Shown: positions 10,582 to 26,291 of the stretch, piece after piece | How the letters are laid out: each line of letters opens with the position of its first letter | How positions within the stretch are numbered: the stretch's first letter is position 1 | Assembly: GCA_004431415.1 (NCBI GenBank) | Contig: QPMI01000170.1 | Coordinates: 1 to 64,000 of the forward strand | DNA length: 64,000 bases | Direction of reading: 5' to 3' | Source: Cyanophora paradoxa CCMP329 | Taxonomy: Eukaryota > Plantae > Glaucophyta | Notes under the pieces: generated by a model | What the model saw: only the letters and a program-made list of their open reading frames with translations | Told to the model about the DNA's origin: nothing | The model's database searches: none | Program-made: the position numbers and the translations under genes

Positions 10582-13500
10582 CTACGGGGAGTCGAACTCG
10601 GGGGCGTGGGGGGCCTTGGCGGGGGAGGCGCCAGCGGGGGCGGCGATGCCGGGGGGCAGCGGGGCGACGCGGTTCGACCAGAAGTTGGCGCAGGAGGAGT
10701 GGAAGGAGTGGGCGCCCCACGCGAGCTGCCCCGCCCCCGCGTTCATGTCCGTCATGATCTCCTGCGCCCGCGCCCCAGAGGCTGCCCCGCCCTCCGCCGA
10801 GGCCCCCGCCGCCCGCGCCGCCGGGCCCGTCGCGGCGGCGCCGCCGGGGGGCGCGCGGATGGGGAGGAGGCAGAGGGCGCAGCGGGAGGGGTCGGGCATG
10901 CGGACGGTGCCCTCGTCGAGGACGGTGAGGGGCCCCTTCTTCCAGCGGATGTCGGGGATGAAGAGGTCGCGGGGGGCGAGGCGGTTGACGCGCCCCCGCA
11001 GCGCCTCCCACGTCGCCGTCGTCTCCCGCACCAGCTCGTTCAGCGCGTTCACCGCCCCCGTGTACGCCCCCGTCTGCCGGCACCGCCACCACGCCGTCCC
11101 GATCCCCCGCGCCGCCGTCGCCAGCCGCGACGCCACGCGGAAGACCTCCACGATCGCTGCCCCCGGGGCCCCTCAGGGAGGCGGCGGCAGCGCGGCCTGC
11201 GCGCGGGGGCGCCGCGCACCGCGGAAGTAGACGATGAGGGGCTGGAGGGCGAGGAGCTCCTCGAGCTGCTGCGGCGAGGCCGGCGCGATGCGGCGCGCCA
11301 CGAAGTCGTCCGCCGCCTGGATCTCCAGCAGGCAGCACTGCAGCGCCTGCCGCCACTCCCGCAGGTACTGCTCCTGCCGCTCCGGCCCCACGATCACCAG
11401 CGCCCTGCGCCGCCTCAGCCGCGCGCGGGGGCGGGGCGGTGGCGGGGGCACCGGAAGGAGCGGGTGGCGTCGGCGTGGACCTTGGCGCACTCGGGGACGT
11501 CGTCGGCGCGCACGCCCTCCGCGAAGCGCTCCACAAACTCGCTGCGGAAGCCCTCGACCTGCGCCCCGCCCCGTCAGCGGGGGCGGGGGCCGGCGGGGGG
11601 CGGGGCGGGGGCGCCTGCTCGGGGTGGATGCCGGCGGCGGCGAGGTCGGCGAGCATGGAGGCGAGGGTCGTCGGCGCCTTCTCCGCACGCTCGAACCACA
11701 CCAGCACCTCCTTCGCCGGGTAGAGGAGCGACTGCAGCTGCTTCAGCTCGTCGCTGCCGGCCTTCTGGCGCCGCATCTCGACGATCTTGATCTCGATCTC
11801 GAGGTGGTTGTAGCAGGCGAGCGCCTCGGGCATGCGCTCCTGCTCGACGAGCGAGGCGAGGACCTTGTGCATGCGCGACGTGCCCCACTCGCGCCGCTCC
11901 GACGACCCCGCCGCCTGCTCCCGCTCGTTCGCCTTCAGCAGCTGCGCCGCCAGCGACGGCTGCGGCGCCTGCACCCGCATCGCCAGCGCCCCGTCCGCCG
12001 AGCCCCGGCTCGCCGCCGCCACCCGCGGGTCCGACATCGGCGGCGCCGCCGCCCGCTGCGACGAGGAGCCGCCGAAGGAGCCGGCCCGCGGAGGCGCGGC
12101 CGGCCGAGGCGGCTCCGCCACGGGGAGGACGCGCGCGGAGACGGAGGCCGGCGGCGGGGGGCCGTGAACGGGCCGCGGCGGCTGCTCCATCAGCTGCGCG
12201 AGCGCCGCGGCGGCCGCCGTCGCGCCCCGCGGCGACAGCGGCGTCGCGTGCGCCCCCTCTTCGCTCGAAGCCGCCGCCAGCGGCGTGCTCAGAGGCGCCA
12301 GCGCGGGGGCCGGGGCGGGGACGGGGGCCGGAGCGTGCGGGTGGGCGGCGGCGGCGGCGCGGGCGGCTGCGTCGGCCTCGGCGAGGGAAACCTGCGGGGG
12401 CGGGTCGGGGGCCGGCGGGGCGGGCAGGGGCGGGGCACCTCGTCGAGGGCGTCGTCGAACTCGTCGATCTGCCCGAGGAGCACCTTCCGCGGCGGGCTCG
12501 CCCCGGCCCCGCCCTTGCCCGCCCCCAGCGCCCGCTGCGAGCTCGACTCCTGCCCCGCCGCCGCCGCGCCGGCCGCCGGGGCCGGGGCCGGGGCCGGGGC
12601 CGGGCCGGGGCCGGGGCCGCTGGCGCCATTAGGAAGTCGTCGAAGTCGGCCTGGAAGGGGGTGGCCGCCGCGGGGGCCGCCGCGGGGGCCGCCGCCGACT
12701 CGAAGGCACCCAGCAGGTCGAAGTCGTCAACTGCCGCCGGGGCGGGCGCCGGCGGCGGGGCCCGTAAGGCGGGGGCCGGGGCGGGGACGAGCGGGACGGG
12801 GGCCGGTGCCGATGCCGGGGCGGAGGGGGCGGCGGTGAAGCCGGTGAAGTCGAAGTCGTCGTCGAGCCCCTTCGCCGCGCCCGCTGCGGGATCGGCGGCC
12901 GGCCCCGCCGGCGTGGGCGGGGCGGCGGCCGACGCGGCGGGCGCTCCGAAGGCGGCGAGGAAGGCGGCGGAGAAGGCGGCGGGGGCCTCGGCAGCGGCGG
13001 GGGCGGGGATGGCGAGCGGGGCGGGCGGGGCAGGGGCTGGGGCGGGGGCGGAGCGCGGGGAGACGGTGGGGACGGCTGCGAGTGGCTCTCCCAGGTGGAA
13101 GAGGAGGAGCGGGGGGGGATGGAGGAGGCGGCAAAGGGGTTGGAGGTGGAGAGGGACGGGGCGCGGAGGATGCCCGTGGGCACCGGCTCGTCCCCCGCCA
13201 GCGCGATCGGGTCGGCGCTCGGCCTCGGGTTGCTCCCCGTCCGCACCAGGAACGGGTTGCTCCCCGCCCGCTCCAGGCCCCCCTCCCCCGCCTCCTCCTC
13301 GAACGCCGCCTGCCCCGCGTCAGCGGCGCGGCGGGAGGCGGGGAGTGGCGGGGCGCACCGCCATCGCCTCGGGGACCTCGCCGGCGTCGGGCGACGGGCT
13401 CGCGGTGCGCGGCGACGGCGAGCGGGAGCGGGAGCCGCGGCGCCCGAGCGGCGAGCGCGCCCCGCGGGCGAGAGCGGCCCCGCCGTCGCCACGATCGTCT

Positions 13501-16500
13501 TCTGCGGCGAGCGCGGCGCCGGCGGCCGCGCCACCGCCGCCCGCCGCCCTTCCGGCGACGGCGGCGCCGCGGCGCCAGCGGCCTTTTCTGGCGACGCCGC
13601 TGCCGCCCGCCCCATCGGGGCGACCGGAGGCTGCGGGCCGAGGGCGCCCCGCAGGGGAGAGGCCGGGGCGACGGGCGCGGCTCCGGCGGCCGGCTTCACC
13701 GCCGGCGCCGCCGCAAATTCCCCGAAGAAGTCCTCCTCCTCCTCGGCCGCCGCCGCCGCCGCCGGAGCCGGAGCCGGAGGCGCCGCCGCGAGTGGAGCTG
13801 CGACCACGGGGAGGGGAGCAGCCGCCGAAGCGGCCGCCGGCGCCGGGCCGACAGGCGTGCTCTGTCGGGGGCGGGTCAGCGCGGGGGAAGTCCGCCTAGA
13901 AAGGAACGCACAGCGTAGAGGGCGGCGAGCTGGTCGGCGAGATTCATCGCCGGCGAAGCGCAAGCCGGGCCCGCCGCAAATCCCGCGAGCCCCGGCACGG
14001 TCGGCGCCGCGGCGATCGGCGCCGCCGGCACCTCGGGCGGCGGGGTGGCGGGCGGGCGGCGAGGGCGGGGCTGTCGGGGAAGCGCGCGGGGCGGGAGCGG
14101 GCGCGGGGTGCGGGGCCGGGGCGTCCAGACCGAGGGCGTCGAGGTCCTCCACTGCATCAGCCGCCCCCTCGAACGAGAGCATCCCGGGGGGGCGCCCCTC
14201 TGCCCCTGCCGCCCCCGCCGGCGCCGCCTCCTGGGGGGCCGCCGCAGGCCCCGGGCTGAAGGCCAGCAGGTCGCCCCCCGGGGAGGGGGCGGCGAGGGCC
14301 TGGGGTGCCTTGGCGGGGGTGACGGGCTCGGCGGGGGCGGGGGGCGGGGAGGCGGCGGCACGGTCGGCAGCGGCGAGGAAGTCGGCGAGATCGCCGTCGA
14401 GCGGCGGCGGCGTGGGGGACGCCGCCGTCGCCGGCGCGACCTTCACGGCGCCAAGCGACCCCATCGTCGGCGGCCCGACGATCGCCGGCGCAACCGCTGC
14501 CTCGGGCCCCGGCTCGAGATCGCCGAAGGACGGCGTGAACGATTCCGCTGCAACCGCTGGCTGAGCCGCCTGAAAGCCGCCCATCAAGCCCATAGCTGCC
14601 GGCGCAGCGAACGGCGCCGCTGGCTGAGCCGCCTGGAAGCCGCCCATCGAGCCCATAGCTTCCGGCGCAGCGAACGGCGCCGCTGGGTCCGGAGCCGCCT
14701 GGAAGCCGCCCATCGAGCCCATAGCTGCCGGTGCAGCGAACGGCGCCGCTGGCTGAGCCGCCTGGAAGCCGCCCATCGAGCCCATAGCTGCCGGCGCAGC
14801 GAACGGCGCCGCTGGGGCCGGAGCCGCCTGGAAGCCGCCCATCGAGCCCATAGCTGCCGGCGCAGCGAACGGCGCCGCTGGGGCCGGAGCCGCCTGGAAG
14901 CCGCCCATCGAGCCCATAGCTGCCGGCGCAGCGAACGGCGCCGCTGGGGCCGGAGCCGCCTGGAAGCCGCCCGTCGAGCCCATAGCTGCCGGCGCAGCGA
15001 ACGGCGCCGCTGGGGCCGGAGCCGCCTGGAAGCCGCCCATCGAGCCCATAGCTGCCGGCGCAGCGAACGGCGCCGCTGGGGCCGGAGCCGCCTGGAAGCC
15101 GCCCGTCGAGCCCATAGCTGCCGGCGCAGCGAACGGCGCCGCTGGGGCCGGAGCCGCCTGGAAGCCGCCCATCGAGCCCATAGCTGCCGGTGCAGCGAAC
15201 GGCGCCGCTGGGGCCGGAGCCGCCTGGAAGCCGCCCGTCGAGCCCATAGCTGCCGGCGCAGCGAACGGCGCCGCTGGGGCCGGAGCCGCCTGGAAGCCGC
15301 CCATCGAGCCCATAGCTGCCGGCGCAGCGAACGGCGCCGCTGGGGCCGGAGCCGCCTGGAAGCCGCCCATCGAGCCCATAGCTGCCGGCGTAGCGAACGG
15401 CGCCGCTGGGGCCGGAGCCGCCTGGAAGCCGCCCGTCGAGCCCATAGCTGCCGGCGCAGCGAACGGCGCCGCTGGGGCCGGAGCCGCCTGGAAGCCGCCC
15501 ATCGAGCCCATAGCTGCCGGCGCAGCGAACGGCGCCGCTGGGGCCGGTGCTGGTTGGAAGACCCCGAGAGAGGCGAAGTCGGATTGGGGTGCTCCGAACG
15601 CGAGGGCGCCGCGGGAGGGGAGCTGGTTGGAGGCTGGGGGCGAGGGGATGGGGGGCGACGGGGAGGGGTGCTCGTCCGGGAATGCGGGGGCGGACTGAAA
15701 GCCTTCGAAGTCGCCGAAGTCGTCGTGGGAGGGGGCCAGGCCCGGCGCCGGGGCGGGTGCTGGGAATTGGGGGGAGGCCCCCTGCATCGCCTGCGGGAGC
15801 GGAAGGCCGACGGGGGCGCCCACGAGGGCCGCCGCTCCACCCGCAGCGGCGTGCGCTCCAGCGAAGAGGTCGAGGGCCGGCATCGGAGACGGGGTGGTGG
15901 CGAAAGGGCCACTCTGGAACTGCGCCGCGGGTTGCTCCGTGGGCATGACGAGCGGCGGCATATCCTCCAGCGGGATCGGGGCCGACCGGGGGGGCGGCAG
16001 CGGGGCCGCCGTGGCCAGGACCGCGGCAGGAGCGGGGGCAAGGGCGGGGGCGGGGGCATGGGCGGAGCCGGGAGCGGGGAGAGCGCCGAGCGGGGTGGAG
16101 ACCTGCTTGTGCTCGACGAGGAAGCCGGCCAGCAGCGAGTCGGCCGTCATCTGCTTCCCTCCCAGCACCGCGCTCAGCTGGAACTGCGGCCCCGCCGGCG
16201 CCGGCGCTGGCGCCGCCGGCGCCTCTTCTGCCGCTGCTGCCGGTGAGTGCGCCTCCTCACGCTGCCCCGCCGACCGGTCGTGCTCCGGAGCCGATGCCGA
16301 CTCGAAATCCCCGAAACCATCCGCGGCGGAGGGCGTAGCCGCGGCTTCCACCGCCGGGGCCATCGCCTCTGGTGCCGGAGCCGGCGCCGACACGGGTTCG
16401 GACCATTCGAACGCGTCTTTGTCAGCTGCTGCAGCTACTGAAGGGGAGGGCTGCGGAGCCGAGGCGGGCGCTTGAGGCAGCTGCATCATCTGCGGGGTGG

Positions 16501-17534
16501 AGAAGCCCAGCGGCTGGAGCACCTGCGGCGCCGGAGCGCCGGAGAACGCGGGCGGCTGCGATGCTTGAGGTTGAAGCGGCTGAGCCGTTGGCATTCCATG
16601 GGCCTGCATGGGCTGCGGGGCCGCTGTGGGGTCTCCGAATGCAGAGAGGAACCCCGGCGCAAAGGTCGAGCCCGCAGCAAGCGATGTGGCGCCCGCGGCC
16701 GACGGCGCGACGGGAACTGAACCCGATGCCAAGCCGGCCGGTACGCCGAAGCCTATGAGCAGCAGTCGTCAGAAGGAGCGAAAAAGAAATGTTTTTAAGA
16801 GAGCACAGACCATGAGGCATCATGGGGGCTGGGGCAGTTGGCAAAGGGACAGGTGGTAACATCCCAGAAGAGACAGATAATGAAGTGCCAGACGATGGCG
16901 CTGCTGCGAGCGAGCTCAGCGCAGTGCGAGAAGTTTGGCTACCGGCGCGCACGCGTCGAAATCAGGCTAGCCAGGGACGGCATCTCTGCGCGCCGAAGAT
17001 ATAGTCAGGCAAGCTACGAGAGTGTCGGGCGAGCGCACGCGTGGAGCTAGGACCGCTCTTGCCGGGCAGCGCCATCGAAAGGAGGGCGCCGAAGCTGCTT
17101 TCCGCTGCACTCTTTTGCTGCATCTGCTGCTGCATCTGCTGCATCTGCAGACAATATTTGTCAGATACTGAGCTCGGGCGTCGAAGGACACGGACCTGTG
17201 CTGCCTGCTGCATCGCCGCCTGCTGCATAGCGGCGAATTGAGCGGACGTCAAACCTTGTACCGGAAGCATTCCTTGCATCGGCATCGCGCCGGGCATCAG
17301 CGGCGTCGCGCCTGGCACGCCCGGCATTGCGCCGGGCATGGCTCCGTATGCCATGGACGCGTGAGGGGCCCGAAACTGAGCCGCAGCTTGAAGCTGTTGC
17401 CTTGCGACCAGGGCATCCCCCATCGCTTGGTTACCCGCTTGCTGCCGCTGCATCGCCGCTTGAATTTGTTGCTGAGGCGTGAGCGCTGGCGCCGACTGGC
17501 CATAAGCGAACGGCGGGGCGCCGTAAGGATTCAT
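10582..17534 (-). CDS. SYNRG: Synergin-gamma-like AP-1/clathrin accessory protein
   Basis: C-terminus CALCLLP...LAWGAHSFHSSCANFWSNRV resembles the synergin-gamma end as I recall it (CGLCLL...LAYGGHQYHASCANFWINCV). Many acidic-Phe motifs (DGFGDF, DDFGDF, DFFGEF, DDFDF) and NPF motifs; Q-rich N-terminus MNPYGAPP. One apparent single-base indel in a G-run near 13112. Confidence 0.8.
14556..15548 (-). repeat. Coding tandem repeat, 15 copies of a ~66-bp unit (22 aa AAPAAMGS[M/T]GGFQAAPAPAAPF)
   Basis: Unit recurs every 66 nt (e.g. 14771 and 14837). Fifteen MG[S/L][M/T]GGFQ units counted in ORF 12629..16732; some copies are 63 nt (AQP variant). Confidence 0.97.
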
Positions 17535-17864
17535 TCTGCGTGTTGCGTGCGGCAGCGCCGCCGCCGCTGGAATCTGAGCCCGTACCCCAGGGCGCCCGCT
17601 TCAAAAGCTGCGCTTCTCCATCTTCGAGCTCGAGCTCGCGGTATATAGGCGGCGTTTAACGCGTGCATCCTTTGCCAGATGCATTTTCGAAGCGGCGCGC
17701 GAAGCGCTGCCGCCCGGGCACCCGCGCTCCGCCCCTCGCGGCCCAGAGGATGTCCGATTTCTACAGATTTGGGCAGAAAGAGAGGGGATGGAGAGAGTGG
17801 GAAGGGAAGGAGGAAAAAGAAGTTTGCGGGCGGGAGTGGAGGGCCCGAGAAGAGAAGCGTGATA

Positions 17865-19794
<1,930 letters not shown>

Positions 19795-20287
19795 CCTCGC
19801 GCTCGGGCAGAATCCGGTATCCCCTCGAGCTCAGCGTAACGCTGTCGAGACACGCCTGCGACGTGTGGGAGTGAATCGCGAAGCCGGAGATCTAGACCTG
19901 CTGCGCATGCCGCGCAGTGCCACTGGGCCAGGCTGTGACCTGCAGGTGCGATGCTGTGTGTTCAAAATTCCATCGGGGCGGAGGCGTGCACTGCATGCGG
20001 CATGCGCGCGCGTTCAATTGCGAAGTCCCAATCCAGAAGAATATTAATCATCCTACAATTGCTAAGTATACGCGCGATGCTGTCACAGTGTGTCGGCGCT
20101 ACGACGGCAAGGCACTAAGTATACGGACAGACACTAAGGCCAGACACTAGACTACAGCCAGCGCATGCGAAGGACTAGACAAGAAATACAGATTATGAAG
20201 GCTCAGCTCGAGGAGGTTGCGACCGGATAGGGGAAGCAACGGGCAGAATGCTGCAACAGAAATGCAAAAGCCGGATGGCAAACAGAG

Positions 20288-23200
20288 TTAAGCAGCCTCC
20301 GACGGCGGAAGAACGTCGCCAGGGAGGGGCGGAGGGTCCATGTGAAGTGTTGGGGGTGGGGAGGTGGCACTGCGGGCGCGGGAGGGGCCCGGAAGGGAGG
20401 AGAGGGAGGCGGGGGCGAGCCCGGCGGGCCGGACAGAGTCATCATCGTCCTGAGGAGGGGCGGTCATAAGGAGCGCCTGGAGGCTGCAACGCAGGAAGCG
20501 CACTGGTGGCGAAAGGTTGAGGTCCTCCCGGACCGACGATGCGGAGAGGCGCGGCGGCCCGTGGGCGGGGGGCGCCCGGGCCGCCTCCTCGTGGCCCTCG
20601 GAGAGGCTGCGGGCCGTGACGCGCTCCGAGGTCGGGGGCACGCTGGCGGCCCCGAGGACGAGCGGGTGTAGCGCCGCCGCGTGCACCCCGCCGCCGCCGA
20701 AGCGCCCCAGGCCGCCGCGCTCCGACCCCGGGCTGACCCACGTGACCAGGGCGCTCGTCGGGGCATCGCTGGCGGCGCCCGCCGCGTCGGGGCTCTCCAG
20801 CCCGCTCCCCGCGCTCGGGTTCCGGCTCGACGCGAGGCCGATCAGCGTCACGGTGGCCCCCGCCCCCGACGCCGCGGCCACGTGCTCTGCCGCGGGGCCC
20901 GAGGCGGGCGGGGCGGGGGGCACGGGGTCGGGATCGGGGGCCGGGGGTGCGGGGACGTCGTGGTCGGGGGCGGGCCGGGGGCTGGGGGCGACGCGGCTCT
21001 TGGGGCGGGCGAGGAGCTTGATGGACTTGGCGAGGGACTTGACGGTGGCGGAGACGGGGCGCGCGGGCGCCACCTCCGCCATCGAGATCCCCGTCGAGCG
21101 CTCGAGGATGCGCACCACGCCCTCCAGCCGCTCCGCCAGCTCCCCCACCTGGCCCTCCACCCGCGCCACCGCCGCCCGCAGCGGCACCGGCATCGCCGGC
21201 AGGCTCACCACCCGCGCCGTCGCCCCCCCGTTCGCCGCCCCCAGCCGCGGCGACGCCGCCAGCGAGGCCTTGGGCGGCCCCAGGAGGGGCCGCGACGGCG
21301 GGCTCCCCGCCTGGAACTGCTGCGAGGAGCGGCGGCCGTGCGGGGACTCGCGGCCGCCGTCGGGCTCGTGGAGCTCGCCGCTGGAGGCGCGCCGCATGGT
21401 GAGGGTCGCCTCCTCGGCCGCCAGCGGCGCGATTGGAAAGTCGGAGCTCTCCAAAATACCGTTCTCTTCGAGTCGCGCTATGAGGTCCCGGACGCACGTG
21501 AAGATTGCCTGCGGGGAGGCGCGCGCGGGGCGGTCGGCGCGGCCGGGGGCGAGGGGCGCGGGGCGCGGGGGCGGACCTCGATGACGGAGACCTGGTGGTG
21601 GTAGGTGGCGTCGAGCCCGACGCTCGAGAACTGGTACGACTGCTTCAGCTGCCGCCACCGCCGCAGGTGCCCGTACATCCCGTACTCCAGCCCCCGCTGC
21701 GCCCGCCTCGAGGCGCCCCGCTTGCGCGCCAGGTGCAGCCTCCAAGCCTGTCGCCCCACGACATCAACACGAAAGCTGAAGACGCCACCGATTGATATAC
21801 GATGACGAGGGGTCTTTTCCTCACCGCCTGCATGCAGCGCACGGCGCAGAGCTTCACGCGCGTCTTGTACTCGTCCTGCGGGCCGGTCGGGGGCGGGGGG
21901 CGGGGGGCGGGGGCGGGGGGCGGGGGGCGGGGGCGGGGGGCGGGGGGTGGCTGCGGGGCGGGGCGGGCCGGGGCACCTTCTTGAGGAACTGGACGACTTT
22001 GGTCTGCTGTACATTGAGCTCGAGGGAGTTGTGGATGAGGGCGATGGAGAGGGCCGTCAGGAACGCCCCGCACACAGCGGTCAGCAGCACCACCAGCCGC
22101 CCCAGGTCCGTCCGCGGGTACACTGCCGCCCAGTGAGCGCCCCTCGAGCACTACAGGCGCGCGGGGTGTGCACTGTCTCCGTAGCCGACGGTCTGCGGGG
22201 GCGATCAAAGCCCTGGAGGGGCCATGGGGCGGCCTCGGGGGGCGGGGGCTCACGAGGGACGTCACGATGGCACACCAGATGTTGTTGCGCTGCGCGGGCG
22301 GGGCGCCTCAGCGCGCTCCCCCCCTGGGGCGGCGCGGGGCGCGGGGCGCGGGCTAACAAAGAGCATCAGATCGTTGTCCTCCTCAGTGCCAGTGTCGACG
22401 GCGTTCTGTCGCTCAAACTGATACATGCTGCGAACCAATCAGCGCAGCAGGCGCGGGGGCCGGGGCGGGCAAGTCCTCGCCAATAGCTTGTCGTTGAGAG
22501 CATTATGGCGTAGGCACACGCCATGACGATCCACGGACGATTGAAGAGTATCGTCCGCACCACAAACGAGTCGCTGTAGTGCACCCCCGTGAGCTGCACC
22601 CGCCCCGCCCCCGTCAGCCGCGAGCGCGCGGGGGCCGGCGGCGGGGGGGGCGGGCGCGGCGCACGGCGCCGATGAAGCGCCCGGAAGGGGTAAATAGCTT
22701 GGAGTGCATCACCATGAAGCGGAAGAAGTATCGCATCCGCAGGAACATGATCTGAGGCACGCTCGGCCCGGCGCGCGGCGCGGCGCAGTGCGGCGCGGCG
22801 CGGCGCGGCGGCGCACCAGCGTGACCACGTTCTCGAGGATGGGCGGCGCGCGGTCGATGTACGGGCAGTTGTGGATCAGGCACTGAGGCCCCAATCAGGC
22901 CGGGCGGCAGCGGCGAGGGAGTGCGAGGGCGGACCTGCATGAGTTCGAAGCCTAGGCGGAAGGAGAGGCCGGCCGCGAAGACGCCGGCAGTTGGGGGTAC
23001 GATGTTCTTCCGCACTGAGGGGAGAACATGAGGGGAGGGAGAATTTGAGGGGCGATGGTGCGAGAAAAGAGTGGAACCGAGGATTTTGACGCGGATGTTG
23101 TAGTACCGCACGACGGAGACGCCTGCGGGGCGTGAGGGGGCGGGGGGAGTGAGACCGCGGCCGGGGCGCCCTGCAGGAAGCGCGGACGGCGGCGCACATA

Positions 23201-24149
23201 AGAGAACAGAGAGCAAGGAAATGGTGGCTCGAAGTATGTCGGTGTGAATCGCCGGCTCCCGATTGTTAAACGAGATTTCCTTTTGCACGACCTGAGGTTG
23301 GTCGTGTCTGAAATACACGACCTGCGCCGACCGCACGAGGCCCGAACCGAACCCGAGGCCTACCATGATGATCAAGGAGAGAATCGAGAACCAAAACTGG
23401 TAGTCGCCTTGCGTCTTCAACCTCATGTTCTGGGGATCCCACTCGGTCAGCCTCATGTTAGAGAAACTCTGCAGGAGAGGCAGGATGGCCGCGGCGCGTA
23501 CCAATTGAGATTCCGAGAGCGTGTCGGTTCTTATTCCTAAACGTGCCATTTCTTCTCTAGACATCTGCAGCGGGGCTCAACGAGGACAGCGGGGAGGCGT
23601 TCGGGCGAAGTAGGCACGCACAGCAATCGGAGCATCGAAAGCTTTGGGCGGCGGAGGAATGAAATCCTCATCTTCTTCCTCTCCGATTACCCTGCACGAT
23701 TACCCTGCTGAGCTTCGCAGCTAAAGAGTCTAGAAATCCCGTAGCTAAACAGCTGAAGAAAGAAAAGATATTGAGCACCTGCTGTTGCCTTGGCTGTGTA
23801 TGCTTTGACTGCTAGCTATCCTCACTGCAGGTTTCCTATCGTGGTTTCCAGCGGGCGCTGCTTGCGGGGCAAGGCCAGGCGAGGCATTGAGCGGCCCGTT
23901 CGGAGAGTGGCCGGGCGGCCTCCCAGGTCCTCGAGCGCCATCCGTGTGGGGCAACGCTCCAAGCGAGCCTACTCTGGGGAAAGCAGGGCCCGCCTGACTA
24001 GTCCGCGGCTGCACGCGGGTCTTAGCTACGAGGACCTGCTGGCCCATGGCCAGCTGCAGGTTGAGGTGCTGCATCGCAGGGTCCTGGGCCTCGTGGGCAT
24101 TGGATGCGTCGTGCGCGGTCATGCGGAAGCCCGCCGCTAGAACCGCCAT
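20288..24149 (-). CDS. SK/KCNN-type Ca2+/calmodulin-gated K+ channel
   Basis: 6-TM pattern with S4-like IMFLRMRYFFRFMVMHSKLFTPSGRFIGAL, pore NNIWCAIVTSL/TVGYGD/MYPRTDLGRLVVLLTAVCG, then LELNVQQTKVVQFL and a CaM-binding-like AVRCMQ/AWR helix; long low-complexity C-tail. Start codon uncertain. Confidence 0.85.
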
Positions 24150-24199
24150 GTCTTATCAATGCCGGAAGCTTGTCTTATCAATGCGCCTGTTATCAATGC
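24149..24199. promoter_or_regulatory. Three direct repeats of TTATCAATGC (GATA boxes, TGATAA on minus strand) in the divergent SK/HPPD promoter
   Basis: tgtcttatcaatgc at 24149 and 24171, tgttatcaatgc at 24188. The repeats are seen; the regulatory role is inferred. Confidence 0.4.
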
Positions 24200-24447
24200 G
24201 CCTCGCTGGAAGCCCGCGGGCAGCCGGTAGCTAGCAAAGGCTGGCTCCACAAACGGTGGAGCAATCAAACCCGTAACGCTAGCTGCGGTGTCCGCCCGCA
24301 GCGCGGGCGAGCATGACGCTGTATCGGTTGCGTACCCCCGCGAGAAGAAGTGGAGGGGGGGGGGGGAGCCCAGCGCCGCAGATAAAGCCCGCGCCTCGCC
24401 CGCCGCGCTTGCACTCGGTCAGTCACAGGCGCAACCGCATCACTACA

Positions 24448-26291
<1,844 letters not shown>

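Noticed and set aside
14556-15548. Possible CRISPR or satellite array
   Set aside because: In-frame coding tandem repeat with no unique spacers.
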